The notes beneath the pieces are model-generated. The model was not told the DNA's origin, made no database searches, and was given only the letters and a program-made list of their open reading frames with translations. A DNA stretch of 64,000 bases from NCBI GenBank assembly GCA_036172245.1, contig JAYWIR010000009.1, forward strand, positions 4,154,001 through 4,218,000. The letters run 5' to 3'. Positions 26,905-55,100 of this stretch are shown piece after piece. The position numbers were made by a program, and so were the translations under genes. Within the stretch, counting starts at the first letter, position 1. The number at the start of each line of letters is the position of its first letter. Origin of the DNA: Raillietiella orientalis (Eukaryota).

Positions 26905-26937
26905 GAAGAATTCAACATGCCTCATGTTGAATTCTTC
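26905..26937. repeat. Perfect 15-bp inverted repeat (hairpin)
   Basis: GAAGAATTCAACATG-CCT-CATGTTGAATTCTTC. Confidence 0.9.
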
Positions 26938-27616
26938 ATTCATTCTTCATCTCATTCATCCCTGTGAATTTCAAACTTGCTTGATTCATGTTATTTAAAA
27001 CCGTAAAATACTCGTAGTGACAAATACAAAACAAAATCATACGATGCTGAAATGAAATCTCACACTGAAATCCGTATCCATCGGTATATCCCTTTAAGTA
27101 TCCAAGCAGTTAGACTGTAGTTAAGTTATGACTTCAAACATGTGAGAACTTACACACACATATATTTCTAAGCTTTATTTTGCAAGTGTTCCCATAATGG
27201 CTCCAATTGTGATAATCAAGGAATTACATGCCTATGGATGGCAAAAATTCTGAACACCCTGAAGGAAAATTCAGAAAAGTCCCAGGTTTCCAGGATTCCC
27301 TACCAAGAACAGTTCTTGAACACATTCAGGAACACACGCAGAAACTAGTTTCTTTATTTCATAGATGCTTATTTGATAGTTTCTCAGCTTCATTCATATT
27401 TTGAAGATGCGAAAATTTTTGGCATTAAAGTTTTGAATAGATGATTTCCAAGTTGCTGGTTATTTGCACAACGTACAAACCACAATAACTCTAGAACCAC
27501 CATATTTACTAGTTATTCAGCTAATGTAGGAAGTTACAAATGTGGGCACAAAACAGTACAAACAAAGCAGAGAAACTTCATATTAAGAAGATAGCATATT
27601 TGCTCATCCACTTGAA

Positions 27617-27622
27617 TTTATT
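27617..27622 (-). terminator. Candidate proximal poly(A) signal of ELAV
   Basis: Minus-strand AATAAA about 1.06 kb after the stop, followed by a GU/U-rich element (tttgtttgtactgttttgtg, ~27547-27566). Further AATAAA at ~27353 and ~27174. Confidence 0.5.
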
Positions 27623-28677
27623 CATAAATCATTATAAAATCACCGATCACCAGAACCAAAACATTCCCAGTGCAATGGACTCACATACGAAAGACTCCTT
27701 AAAAATAACTGTCAATTGAAATAGCTAATGACATTATGCTCAATATGTATCAGAAATGATCAAGGATTATAAAAAAAGAAACAACGATCAAAATGCAGGG
27801 AACCATTAAATAGCATGCAATATATAGTTGCATTCAACTGTTGTTTGCTCACATTACACTGGTTACAGAAATTTATTTTCTCTTCCCTAACATACAAGCA
27901 AAAACCAAGAATTCCAATTACAGTAAAAAGGACATAAGAAGTAAAAAGGACATAGTTTGTTAGAGTAACTAACCCTGTGTGCATGAATTTATGGGGCAGC
28001 ATCTTCAAATGCTCGTATTAGTTCCAAACTCCCAATAAGATCTGCTGAGTAATAGTGTAAAGGAGAAAACTTGGAAAAACTAGGTCACTGGTGGGATTTT
28101 TTTTTAAAAAAAACAAAACCTCTTGAAATGATTGCTTCTTCTTCTATAACGTTTCAATTCTAATTCATGTTGTAGACAAAACAAAAAGAATGAAATATTC
28201 AAAAATAGATTCTATTACAGGCTTTTTGCATGAGCAGGTTTGGGTCTTTGACCTGAACAAACTTCAATTACATTCATGACTCACAACAATTAAGTATACA
28301 TAGACTGGAATGCTTTGGAAACTTTTGCTGCCAAATTTCAAAAAACAAAATCGTTAAAATGACTTTTTTGACAAGAGACATGGCAATAATAGGGCAAGAA
28401 AACAAAAAAAAATAGCCAAATTAAAACATTTACTTCCAAACTTAAAATACATACTAAGAACTCATATGAAATCAGAAACAAAAGAAGCACAAATTAAAAA
28501 ACAAAAACAAATACAATAGTTAAATCTTGAAAAGAAATGTTTTTTTACAGTCACACAATAAATACAGAAGTTAATTAGGAACAAATCGAAAAAAATAAAA
28601 TCAAAAGAGAAACAGAGATTCACGGCATTATCATGATTGACTAGCACATTAAATTGAGAATTATTATTTTCCATAAC

Positions 28678-42113
<13,436 letters not shown>

Positions 42114-45100
42114 TCAAACTATAAATAATACGAAAGAAAAAAATAACATAGTATTAAGCATACATATCAAAGAAAAAAATGTGGAAAACAAAACTTGATT
42201 AAAACATAACAAATAATGCTTGTAAAACAAATTATTTGATAATTATAAATCAGGTAATAGCAAAAAATTATATGATATAATAAAAAATTTCATGATGTCT
42301 GGGAGAACATAGGGTTACTACATTCGTTATAATACTGTTTCTGAGGTCATTTCGTATTACATCCGATGGTTGGGGGGGGGGAAGATTTTTTTTTATATAT
42401 ATATATATATATATATCTTCTGCTTTCGTTTTCTTGGTTGCATGTTTTGGTTGGAAGCATGAAGCATTTTGCAAAGCATTTTTTTAACATCACTGAAATG
42501 CACACCATTTAAAAAAGATCATTTTATTCTACCATGTTTCACCGCGCCACTGACCGCGGTCAACACCTTAACTGATGATATCATCAACGACACAACATGA
42601 TCGACTGCAGACGGGGCTGTGGCTGATGCATTAACATTACCAAAGTTCAACTTATTCGTTGCCAGGGGGGTTCACATCTCCTCCTTTTCGCAAGGCGCTT
42701 GGCGGAAACGAGAGAAGGCTCCTCGGAAGATCTTTGCTGACATGAATCCTGCGACTTACTTACTCCGGGAGGAAAGATCACGGATGGATTCGTCATCGTT
42801 ATTTATAGGCAAAAATCACCATGAAATGCAATCGGTGCACACACGACGTGTCATTTGCTTACGCTACGGCATTCTCGCGAACGTACGGCAAGCCGGGAGG
42901 ACACGTACCAATGCGAACATTCTGCACGGCACGGCGCATACAATGTACACACACTGAAAGGGAAAATCAATGGGAAACTCTCTCGGCAGACTTCCCACTC
43001 GCAATTCGCGTCTCTGAAGGGCGCCACACCGACAAGTGTGCAACCAAATACAGCAACTTCGTAGCATCACCACATTCGCTCTCGAAATATAGCTGTAAGG
43101 TGGCACAAAAAAAAAAAAAAGAAAGAAAGAAAGCAAAAAAAAAGGGGGGGGGAGGGGGAGGAGGGGGGATGGACCAGCAGGCAAGAACCGGGAGGAGCGT
43201 TCCTAGAGCCCGTTACTGTCAGGTGAACAACACCGGCAAAGAGCGTACTTAGGGTTGCAAAATGCAAGAAAAAAAAAAAAAAAATTACGGCAGACCTGGA
43301 AAGCGCCGGCATGAAGCCTCGCATTTCCAGGTGTGGCTTCCAATGCACCGGCACGAGAAAGGAAAGAAACACACACACACACAAACTTGGAACACTATGG
43401 TCAGGACGGACAAGATTTTTGCAGCTCCAACAACATTCCGGCAGAAGGGAATGGCCGGTGGTTGATGGATGGACACGGAACCTTCGGCACACCGCCCGCT
43501 CGACAGCAAGGGAAACACGCACGGTGCTCTCAGCATCTGCGAACGATAGAGATGCTGATGCTGCTCCGGGAAACCAACCTGGACGGAACAACACATACAC
43601 TGCAACGTGCATTCACTGCATCTTCGCCTGAGAATTCACTTCACATGCAGTCACACACACACACACCTAATTCCAGGAAAACTGCACCTTTGCAAGAATA
43701 CACGAAAAACTTCGATACCGAACTGAAGCCGATTTCAACGATCATTGTGGTTATTATGGTGATGTGTTTACTATAGCGACCGTTACCAATGTCAAATTCG
43801 ATCACCGGATACAAATGAAATCGGTCGCGCAGCATTCGGCTGCTTCGACTTTGGAGCTCTTTGAACAGACTCCTCCGAATGAAGACAATAACTTCCTTTC
43901 TTTTCCAACAGATTCGTTGAAAGGATTTGAGTGCTCCAACAGTTTTGTGGTGGACGGATATGTTTTGGACGCGGATTGTGCAGCAATTTTTTTTTTTTTT
44001 TTTTTTCGTTTTTTGGGTTTCGGAATTGCGACAGTAACCGCAAACACAAACAGGAATTGGGCACCAGGGATCATGGAAACTTCTTGCTTTTCTCCTGCAA
44101 GGCTTGGAAGGGAGACTTCCTGAAGACTCGCATGAAGACTCGTGGACGGCAGTAAGGCACGTTCTTTACGGAGAAACGACGTTCACGGATCAAACAATTT
44201 TCGTAGGCCACATTTCACGTATGCACCGTTTTTCAGACACAAATTTGCTCAAAAGGGGTGTAAAGAACAACTTTGAGGATCGACTCTTTGCCACGTTTTA
44301 CCACTTGTAGGCACTCTGAAACACCTTCCTTCAAGCAATGGGAAAACAATTATTCGTGGACTCGAGGTTGCATGCAATGGATGCCACAGGAGCGTCGCCG
44401 CCACTGCTTGAAACTTCCTCGAGATACATCCAGCTAGACGCAGCTCCCATGCAAAACACATTGCATGGACAAAACTAATCCTTCACTGCAACGGGGCTCA
44501 ATCGTACCATTGGAATTCAGATCAGACAGTACAAAAATATCATAACTACTTTGCAATTTGGTTTCATTTTGGTCAAGTATTTATGCAATGCCATACAATG
44601 TAATTTTTGAAATCACAATTTTGTGCTCAGCAAATGATCAAGATATCGTTTTATAACATATTGACTGAAAGCATCATGCCATCAACATAAACATTGGAAA
44701 GACAAATGAACAGCCGTTTTTAAAACTAACGGAGATTTGAGATACTTTTCTACTGTTTTCTTTCACATTCCATCTCACATATCTTCAGCTGAATGAACGG
44801 AAATATATTCATTGCTTATCACATAATAGAGTAAGCAGAGCTTTCATTAGAATTACAAACCTACTTCAACATTGGAAAGAAAATCTCAAAAATGACTGCC
44901 TGAACATCTTAAAAGTACTTTACATGGATATGCATAAATCTAGGTACCAAAGTGAAGAAGTACTGATCGACAATCATAATCTTCCAAAAGTAAGCACAGA
45001 ATTAAAGCTATCAAGAATTCAGTTTCAATGAATCTCTCCAGCTTAACAAAACAAAATGCAAACAACTTTGGAAATGCCCTTTAAGAACTCTTTATAAATA

Positions 45101-46216
45101 ATAAATTAATGAAGACATGAATTTACACTCAAAACGAATTTGGCTTCCTTCACATTAACAACAGTTTGAATTACACACAATAGTACTATTATATGCACTG
45201 AAAGAATATCATGATTGCTACCATGAAAGTTACAAACACCACCACAAGGTACAAACACAAACCTAGTTGAGGCCAGACATATACAGACACCAATCTATAA
45301 GGTAGCTGAAACACAAACTTGCAAGCATACTTAGATCATGGCACAACACACACATGCGATCAAAATGTAAACATCAGCTCCCATGTAAATCCACAATCAT
45401 ACATGCAATGATATGCTGATTAATATACAAAGACACACAAAAATGAAAACCTATTTTCTAACAAAACATTAATACAGTGGTCAGCAAAAATTAAAATCCT
45501 TGTATGGGGAGAAAAATGAAAATATCATTCGGACGTACGGTTCTCAATTCACAAATGCCTGGCTCAATTCATTATGAACGTACAAATGAAAAAAAAAAAA
45601 AAAAAAATTACATGATTAATCGGCTTACCACTCACATCAAGTCTGTTGAGCATGAAATGCGTCCGTACGACTAATTAATCGACTCTTACAATTAAAATGA
45701 ACATGAATACTGCAAAAAAAAAGAAAAAAAGGAACAGATAATTAACTGTAGTAGTTCTATTAGAAGCAAATCATTTCTAAACTAGTTCGGAGTGTTTCTT
45801 TGGTTTAAAAAAAAAAAAAAAAAAAAAGTTACTTTCTTCCTTCATATGTTTTATCAACGTGCAAAATGTTTCCAATGTGCAATTGCATTCAAAGAGTTTG
45901 CAGCAACTTGAAGGTAAACAAATCTATAAATAATGTGGATTTCTGGTAATTACGAAATAAGCCTAGCTGTATGCATGAAATCTCCGTAAACACGGGCTGC
46001 CATCTGTTGGCCTGAAGGAAAATTTCCATGAACGAACGTGGAGAGGGCGCCATAATCTCTTTTTCTATTCACTTATCGATTATATATACGTATTATCGAT
46101 CGATTAGATAGCATTCACATTCAGTATAAACGTAATTTACATACCAACTGCTTGAGAAAAAAAAGGGAAAAAAAAACTCAAGAGAAAGGATGTGATGCAT
46201 GCAGAAGAGTACTCAC

Positions 46217-46545
46217 TGTTGTAGAACTGACTAGGAATTGCTGACTAGATTGGTAGCTATCAATTCGACAGAGATCAAAACATTGACTTATACTGCACAG
46301 TTTCGTCGGGATTGTCTAGTGAGCTTTCGATAAAGCGAATACAGGATCGTATTCCAAGTCTTACAAACATAAACGAAATCGAAAATAAAATAAACTCGAA
46401 CAAACTAGGGGAAAAAAAGGGGAAAAAAAAAAAAAAAAACCTCTTAACTGGGTCAAAATAAGACTGCGTACTCCGCACAACGCAAACTCGGAACGGCAGA
46501 TGTTACAAAGATTACAAAAACTCGGCGAACCTGGCATCGCTGGTT
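46217..46545 (-). other. Candidate non-coding first exon of ELAV
   Basis: Lies just downstream of the putative promoter and ends at a consensus GTGAGT donor (46211-46216). The matching acceptor tatttcag is at ~42085, 50 nt upstream of the ATG. A second donor pair (GTGAGT/GTAAGC) is at ~45623-45635. Confidence 0.4.
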
Positions 46546-46559
46546 GCAAGCGAGCAAGC

Positions 46560-46720
46560 GCAAACCTCCAGCATTTAAAATACCCTTTTCACGACGGGCC
46601 CGCTCGGGCCCAATCAGAACGCGCGCGCGGCTCCTCCTCCAGCTCATCCCGCTGGTGACAAAGGCGGCGCACCGGGAGGGGGGGCGCTCCCCCCCCCCCC
46701 GCAACAGGAAGCACAGCGTC
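46560..46720 (-). promoter_or_regulatory. Putative ELAV core promoter
   Basis: GC/CpG-rich patch with a CCAAT box (46610-46614) and a TATA-like TATTTTAAAT on the minus strand (46573-46582), oriented towards ELAV. Confidence 0.45.
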
Positions 46721-49700
46721 TCCGACCATGCTGCTGATGATGATGCCTCACCGCCTTCCGTATTTATTCTCATTATCTTCACTTTGTTTATTTTGTGTGT
46801 GTGTGTGCGTGTGCGTGGGGGGGGGGGACCTCCTCCGTTTTTCCTTTTTTTTTTTTTTTTTTCTTCTTCTCCAAGCGTGATGTGCTGCCCCCCAGTGTTA
46901 CCGGGAAAGCCTTCGGCTAGCATGCACTACCTCCCGTAGTGTTCCCGGATTCTGCCCAGCTCGGGAGTGGAGCCATCCCGCATCCCCGAGCACACACGGC
47001 AACGGTCGTTTGAACACCCAACTTGCACGCGGTTCCGATCCGAAACAGAAAATACATCGATAATTTCTTTCCTTTTTTTTTTTAAAAAAAAAAAAAAAAC
47101 ACGAACTGGCATGAGAAGCCAACAAAACATCTTTGCATTCTGTTATTCGTAACCAATTCCCCCCCTCCCCTTCCCCCCCCCCCCTATTAAGTACTAATTG
47201 CTGTGTGCGAATCAACCATTGGAGTGCACGTGGAAACTACTACGAGACTATGCAAACCACGAAGCCTCGATAATCTCTACTCGCGCATCGTTGACGAACG
47301 TGTTCCCACACGCCAGCGCAGATAAAAAAAAAAAAAAAAAACGAAAGAAAAACACCTTATCATTATTCATCCACTTCCTTTGTGTAAATTCCTCCCAGAT
47401 CTGTCAAACTACATTTCTAAACTACATACATGCCAAGCATGCCATGTGTATTGCCAAACGAGTCTTAAAGGCAAATCCCAGAAGATCCCCAAGACACATC
47501 ATCTCCACATTGCAATGCACCACTTCCAGGTTGGACAGTTTCTGAAGTACAATCTAGGGAATCGTCATTCTCTCTATCTTGTTCCCGAAAACCTGGATGT
47601 GAGCAATCACTTCAGTGTGGGTGGTAAACATATTCTCCACAAAAAAAAAAATGCCTCTTCGTAAAAATGGCACGAACGTCACAGAACAAGGAGAAGTTTG
47701 TTTCAGTTACAAATTGCAAGTTCGAAGAAATTCAATTATTATTCGTCATTTGAAAATCCAGGAGACCCAACAGAGGGAAATGGAGAGCAACTAATAATGT
47801 TAAAGATTTCAAATTCAGATTACTTGATTGAGAAAGGAGATTACATCAAACAACTCAACTGATCTTAGCACCCAATAAGGCAAACGTTTCTAGTGTGCCT
47901 TCCTTTTGGCACCCATTCTAAAAGTTAATAAATCTTACAAAAACGAAATTTTGGATGCGTATTTGACCGCCCTCCGGTCGAGGAGAGGAGCTCAAGAAGC
48001 AGACAGACCTTCGATAGTGTCGATGATAATTGAATTGCCTAAAGTTAACATCATTAGCAAAGTATACTGGTTCGAAGTGTAACCATATTCTGTGATAAAT
48101 AAATGGAATTGCATAATCGGCAGCTTAGGGCACAGTGTATTCATAAATGTTGTTCCCTCTTATTGTACAGTGTTCATCAAAAACGTAAAGAAACGCATAG
48201 AAGGGCATTATTCCAAAAATCATTTCACAAAAACACCTCAAAATAACTGACTTGTAAGAGTATAGGTTCTAGTTTGGCTGTATGGTCGTCAAGAAAAATA
48301 CCAATCTACTAGAGAAAATGCAAAACCTCATAGTTATAGAATGGCAGTGAATTGAACTCAACATATAAATTAAGAGACTTTCGAACTTTCTGTTTCCTAT
48401 GTAACCATAAACTTCACTTGTAGAATTCTTCTTGGGTCGAGAAGAATTTTCGGAGCGCTATGAAATGGAAATTATTTCATAACGTTCCGAACAAATAGGA
48501 CACAATTTCAAATTAAATTGGGCAGTACATCCAATTTAACAAATTTACAGAACATCCTTCTGAGGAATATCTTCTCTCAAGTGGCACACTTTGAATTGAT
48601 TCCGATTCATTTTAATTTTGTTCGTCACTGTGGTTTGGAACTAAAGCCTTTTACTGAGTGAGTATCCAAATAACGGAAACGGGTGAAGAAGAAAATCAGT
48701 AAGCTCCATGGTAACGGAATTGTAATGTATTCTCAATGAACTCATTGCGTTCTATATTTTGATCATTGGTTCATAGTCCTTTCGCAATTGTTTGTACATT
48801 AAGATAATTTAGCAATATCCATTGTAATTAAATAGTAAATCGCTTCATCAACTTTTGGTTGTGGGAAAGGTTTCACTCTGTGACAGGGAAAATCAAACTG
48901 AGAACGAAACTGACTATGAGGTGTATTTGGAGTATTAAAACAAATGGACAAAAGTGATCCATACTTATGTGTGGACCTCGAACATCCTTAGAAGCTTAGT
49001 TATACCACCTGAGAAACAAGAGCAACCGGACTGCTGAGAAAAAAAAATAATCCGAGAATAAATTATTCATACATTAGTTGCTTTTATTTCGATTGGAGAT
49101 CGGTGGCAATGGGCTGTAACGAATGGACTTTTCTGATGAAGACGTATGAGTGTGGAAACGGGAGCCGTTTGAAGACAAGAGATTCTTGAAAGTTGAAAAC
49201 GTCAACGACGGAATCCGTTGCCACCCATCTCCAAGAAGGGAAGTCGTTTGCCGTAGCAGAGGCACGGTGCAACCATAGCAAACCGTATGTTCCTTCCTGG
49301 GTTTCTCTTCTCCAAGTGGAGTCGCGTGCTTTGCGACTGGACGTTGAGAAACACCTAGAGAAAAAAATGGTTCCATACTTACTACTTCGACAAACTCTCA
49401 TCCCTTGGTTCGAATGTTTAGCTTTTTTGAACATTTTGTAAACTTGTAGAAAAAAGTTGTTTTCTTCCTAATTGTTTGTTTGTTTGTTTGATGACAGTTC
49501 GGTTTTCCTTGCCTCTTTTTACTTCAAAAATTCTCAAGTGCGCTTTCAAGGTTCCAAAGAGAGCTTCTTCCGTTCACTTGTTTCCACTTAAAATACCACC
49601 GTCCTCACTTCTTTTAGGAAGGAATCCATTGCTGAGTACACTATTGTAAGAGTACACTATAGGGAGACATAAAAATATCATCCACACAGTTACAACACCT

Positions 49701-52149
49701 ATTCGTGTCTAGTCAAGTCTTTGCTATTTTAGGTATCTCTTTTACCAAACAATATCCTTTAGAACAACCATGACATATCACTCTGAATCATTCTGAGAAT
49801 GAGAAACGTCTAGGAAACCTGCAGGGCTCATTCTCTCATTCAACCTTCCTCATCCTTACGAGATGCACAAGATGGGACTGGAAAGTACATCAACTGAATT
49901 TGAATGCAGCGTGCATTCAAATCTTAGAATGTTTTCAAGTCTACTTACAGTTGTTAGGTATTCTGTAAGCTATTCGAGTGCTGGAGATCAAAATTACTGT
50001 TAGAAGAAAGCCTAATTTCAAAGAAATGGAAAGATTATCAGAGCTGGCGTATTGTTCTATATCGATTAGCTCATTCATTCCAATTTAACTCGACACTAAA
50101 AACGAAAACAGTATTGAGGATATATCTTCCTATCTTGATCACACTGGTCTTGAATTTCAGATAATGATTTAGTTCAGTATTGAAGTCCAATTGAAATGCA
50201 GTAACTCAGTACCCATATTGTAGGTAAAATGAAGAAATTGTTTCTCAAATGATTCTAGACAAAAATTGGATTTTTTGTTCTAAGTAATTAAATGAAACCA
50301 AAATGATAAGTTGTATGAAACTGCAAAGATTGTGCAGACGCACTGCACGGTCAATGCTAAAAATCAGATTTTGTTCTGTCCAACAACAGGAAAACAATCA
50401 CTGAGCTGGTAGCCGTAACCTTCCAATTTGAAATTACATTTTAAATTTTTAGAGCCTTCAGTTGTTGGGCTACACAACAGATCAAGTCGAAAGTTATAAC
50501 GAATCATATTTGTGCTCCGCCATTTTTATTGCAAAATATATGTGGCTTATGGCTGCAGACCGAGAAAACCCTTTCTCCTATTTCATATTACCACTTGACA
50601 CGAGGTTACAAGCTCGGGTTTCTTGCCGTTATTCTTAAAACTGATGGGAAGATTTTGTTTCACAACTTTTTTCTTCTACACGTAGAATGTTTGGTTTCAA
50701 ATCTTCACCACATCTTTGCAATTTGTAAACATGAATGTTATTATGTAATGCATCTGAGGCCGGGGTTACCACTACGATTGTTGTAAAATAATCCCAACTG
50801 AAGACACCCTTTCTGCAGATGCTGGCTGTAAAGGAACTCAGTAGCCGATCAAAATTATAATGAGAATGTTTGGACTCAGCATTCTCTCAAACAGTGTACC
50901 TATGGTTGTAAGGTTTGAAAACTTCCTCTTTACCGAAATCCAGCATTATGTTATCGCTTATAATGAAAACAATGGGGGAAAGTTAAAACTGAAAGCAAAT
51001 TGTCGGTGCGCGTGATAGGTGTAGTGAAATGAATCAAGACTGAATTGTTTATACCATTGAAATCATTCAGATGATGAATTTGTGTTGCTCAAATAAAGAT
51101 AAGGCAAACGCATAGTCATGCAAATCTTCAAATGCACATGAAGACGATAGATAAATAATGACGTGATAACAATCATGTCCCATAAGAAAATGAAGGTGCT
51201 ACTATAGAGTACCACAATCCAGTAAGGCGAAGAGGCACAGAAATGTAGATAGACTTGACAAAAATGGAGGCTTAAAGTAGCACAAAGGAAACATCAGTTT
51301 TTTAAAAAATATCCAGGAAAAATTAATACAACCCACTTGTGTTGTTTTTTGCGTAGTTGGTAATTATTCGCCTTCTTTAGTAACTGCACACGTAGTTGTA
51401 AAAAATAGCTCTGAATACCAGGACTCAAACATACAAGATCAGAATAAATAAAGTTGACAACGGATCTTATATGATAACAAAATAAGTGCAATGTGTTACT
51501 GTTTTAACGACCTTTGAGGACTCATTTTTATGCCTCTCTTTTAGAAGAACACTCAGTACAAACTTTTAGTAATGGCCCCGATTACAATTTCATTTTGATT
51601 TGGTTTCTTTTTACGCTGAAATCGTTTCTTATTTGACTTTCGTGCCCTTATGGATCGGCATAGCCTGTGTTGAAGTAACTTTCAATTTCTTTATGGAGAA
51701 ACTCCAAATTAAGCCAAATAAAATAGAGTTACTCCACAGTAGCATACTGCATGCATATCACTGATGCGGGTTCACTGTGGAAACTTTTGAGCTATTTTGC
51801 AATGCTGTGCATAAGTAATATGGAGAAAATAACGGAGATGATCTTTTGTATTGCTGGCATTCCGACAGAAATTCAGGTGTTTGTATTAAACGTGTAACAG
51901 AGTTAACTTGGCCAAGGATTCACAATACTGAGTTTAATAATAAAATCTGAAGTAACACAAAGCTTTAATACAGCATCTGTTACAGTATTTCACTCCATTG
52001 TTTTGTAAGACTATGTTAACTGTTTCCGAAACTTTAAGGTATCCAAATGAGCATACAGTTTGGTAAAGCACCAAGTTTGTATAGTACATTTTCTAAACAC
52101 AAATGCTTTAAAAAAAAGGACGTGGCTTTGGTTTTCTGATCATCATTTA

Positions 52150-55100
52150 TTAGCATGCTGCATAAATTAAGTCAAAACACCCTGTTCCAAGATAAGGGGG
52201 TTTTCCAACCACAAGTCGTGCAGATGGTGATCTAAGATAATCACAAGCACCTAGCAGAATTTTTTTTTAAAATAAGTTACACCGTGAAACGGACCAACCT
52301 ATTAAGGTGGCTGTTCTTAAATAAGACAAAGTAGCCTCAAAACTCATCTGCTGAAGTGGAGAAGCTGAGATGTCAAGTCCTAATCTATTAAAAGGCAGAA
52401 CTTTTCCGGTCCAAGTCATATAATCAGCAACAAGAAACAAATGCCGACAGTCTACTCTAATCCCATATGCTTCAAATACTTGCTGCATTTCCTAAAGAAC
52501 ATAATGAATACGAGTACTTATTTTCAATAAAACTTTGTCAATTACAGTGACAATTGTACTACGTGCTGCTTCAATTCCTAGTACGTTTGCAATTGTTCCA
52601 ATATCATTTGAATAAAACTTATGAATATCAAGGAATCTTCCATATTTCAAAATGTCCTAGAAAACATAGAGTTATCATTCAAAATGTTCATCGAATCTAT
52701 ATCTAGCTTACATTGAAATTTACACCTTCTGTTTTGATGTAGGGTCTCTTGAGCTTATCTTCTACAATATGAGCTTGCTGTATTCCAGGTATTTCATGCA
52801 AGACACACTTGCTTGCAATTTCACGTAAGAAAATCGAGAAATCAATCTTATGTAGAGAAAGATCATGCTGCAACAAATCATCAAATAATGTCTAAAGCTC
52901 AATATCACTATTTCATGGGCATCTATTTTGCAACAAACCATTGAAAGGACAGTAATCATAAATATTTATCTAAAAACCGTGGTTTCACGACATAGGACTT
53001 TTTGTACAGCATTATCAAATGCACTGAGCAATAATTTGAACAAGAAAAAATACAGGTTTAGAAACCAAATTAATACCAAATACTAACTGCTAGTTTTGTT
53101 AAACTGACTGCTAGTTTTTGATGCTCCTAACTAAATGCGTACAGCAATTAATTTTCATAACAATAGATTTATTTAATAGCTGCATATGAGACATGTTTTA
53201 TTATTATTTTATTAAAAAACGGGCAAAGCTCTCTAATCCATGTAATGACTAAAGGAATAATACCTCTATAATAATTTTGCACCATTGTTCATTTTCTACA
53301 TCAAAAGCATAATCTTTTATTGAGGGATCTATGCTACGAACACTGGCATGACGCTTAGTACTTTGAGGTGGGTTTGTTTTGCTGGATGAAGTTTGGAGCA
53401 ATGCACTGTCAGAATGAAATGTGGCAGTTGGCTTAATTAGAGACCGGTCTTTGAGAGTGTGAACATTTGTGAAGGATGCATTTATCTGATTCTGAGAATC
53501 ATTTTCACCATCAAATTCATCACTGCTGTCTAAAACAAAAGTTGCAAGAGTTTGGTTACATCATCTAACCTTTCATAAATTCTTCTGAGATGTCATATGC
53601 TACTGTTTCAGTTTCACTATTTTCACTGGTAGATTTCTCTATTTCTCCTTGTAACTGATTACTTTTAAAATATACAAACAGAAAATCAACTTAAATCCAG
53701 GTTTGAAATTCAGTTTACCTGAAAGTACTTTCATCAAAGTTTCCTGAATTTTCTGGAATTAGTTGGTTTTCATCTGAAACCATATCAATCTTCCTATTAT
53801 ATGAAGGGTTGTCATCATCATCTGAAACATCACCAGGAAGTATATCTTCTTCTACATCAGTTGTGATTAACCTTTGTAACAATCTTTACATTGCAAATAC
53901 AAATAATCTAGAAACTTACTTATCAAAACTTGTAGCTTGCTTGTGCATCATTGGTAAAAGAAATTTTTTAAAAAAACAATGCTCCATGTAAAATAGAATT
54001 TCTGAAGATGATACACATATGCAGTGTTGATAAGACTTGTATGGTAAAAATTCAAATAATATCTCATATTGCCGTGCACTTGAAAGTTCAATTACTAATT
54101 CTGGAATTAAAATAATTTAACATACCTTTTATCAATGCAGGCAATTCTTTCCCTAACTGTAACTTTCTGCAAAACCTGTGCAAGTGTAACACGTTTCATC
54201 TGGATTTTAAGGGCTTCCAGCATAACTAAGGGATCAGTCACTGAAGGTGAAACAGGTATATCCATGCATGGTGTTTGTATACTGCGAGATGCCAAAAGAA
54301 TCTCTTTCAGACGTGGTATTCCAAGTGTTACATTCACATCTGCACAACCAGCAAAATGGAAAGTATTAAGTGTCATCTGTGTAGATGGTTCACCAATAGA
54401 CTAAGAAATATTTCTTAACACTCAGCTGAACTTATTTAAAGCAAGATCACCTGAGCTGCTAAAATCCCAACTGGTTCTCCAGGTTGACAAATAGCTTTCA
54501 CACTTTTATCATAAACTATTTCTTGTAACAACTGCTTTTGTTCCAACAGTAAATTTGAATTGTCTACAAAATCATTTAACATTTGTTCTAAATGCTCATT
54601 CAAAACACCATGTGTGATGTCTGGTCTAAGGATACTAGAAATAGGGTCAGGATGTTGAACACTTTCATCAACCCTAATTTAAACGATTTCTATATAACTC
54701 TAGGTACAAATGACGAATTACATACTTTTTCCTTTTCTGCTTCCACCACATTTTCATTAATTTCAAACTTTTTTTTGAACGGTTCCAACGTGAGTCCCAT
54801 CCACTAATGTTTAAAGTTTCTTGACGTTTACAGCAAAACAACAGAAATGGAGAAAACCTTGACCCTTGAAGCTTATGATGCTTTTTCCATTCATTCCTCT
54901 GAAGTAGAATTCCCATAGGGCACATACAAAAATTAAATATTATTCACTTTTTCAATAAGTTGTTGAAGTTTCTCTGTGTCAGTCCTTGAAGCAATGCACC
55001 TTTTTTCATCACGTGATATTTGAATATTGTCTGCATTTTCTAACATGAAATGGAAATGATCTTTTCCCAAGAATTTAGACAAAGCAACATCTAAACCATC

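Noticed and set aside
49074..49441. Overlapping 82-116 aa ORFs, one containing RYSPL like the ELAV hinge
   Set aside because: No recognisable family and no linked exons; the short match is likely chance.
49655..49667. CACTATAGGGAGA, the 3' half of the T7 promoter
   Set aside because: The upstream TAATACGACT is absent, there is no vector sequence, and it overlaps a local GAGTACACTAT duplication.
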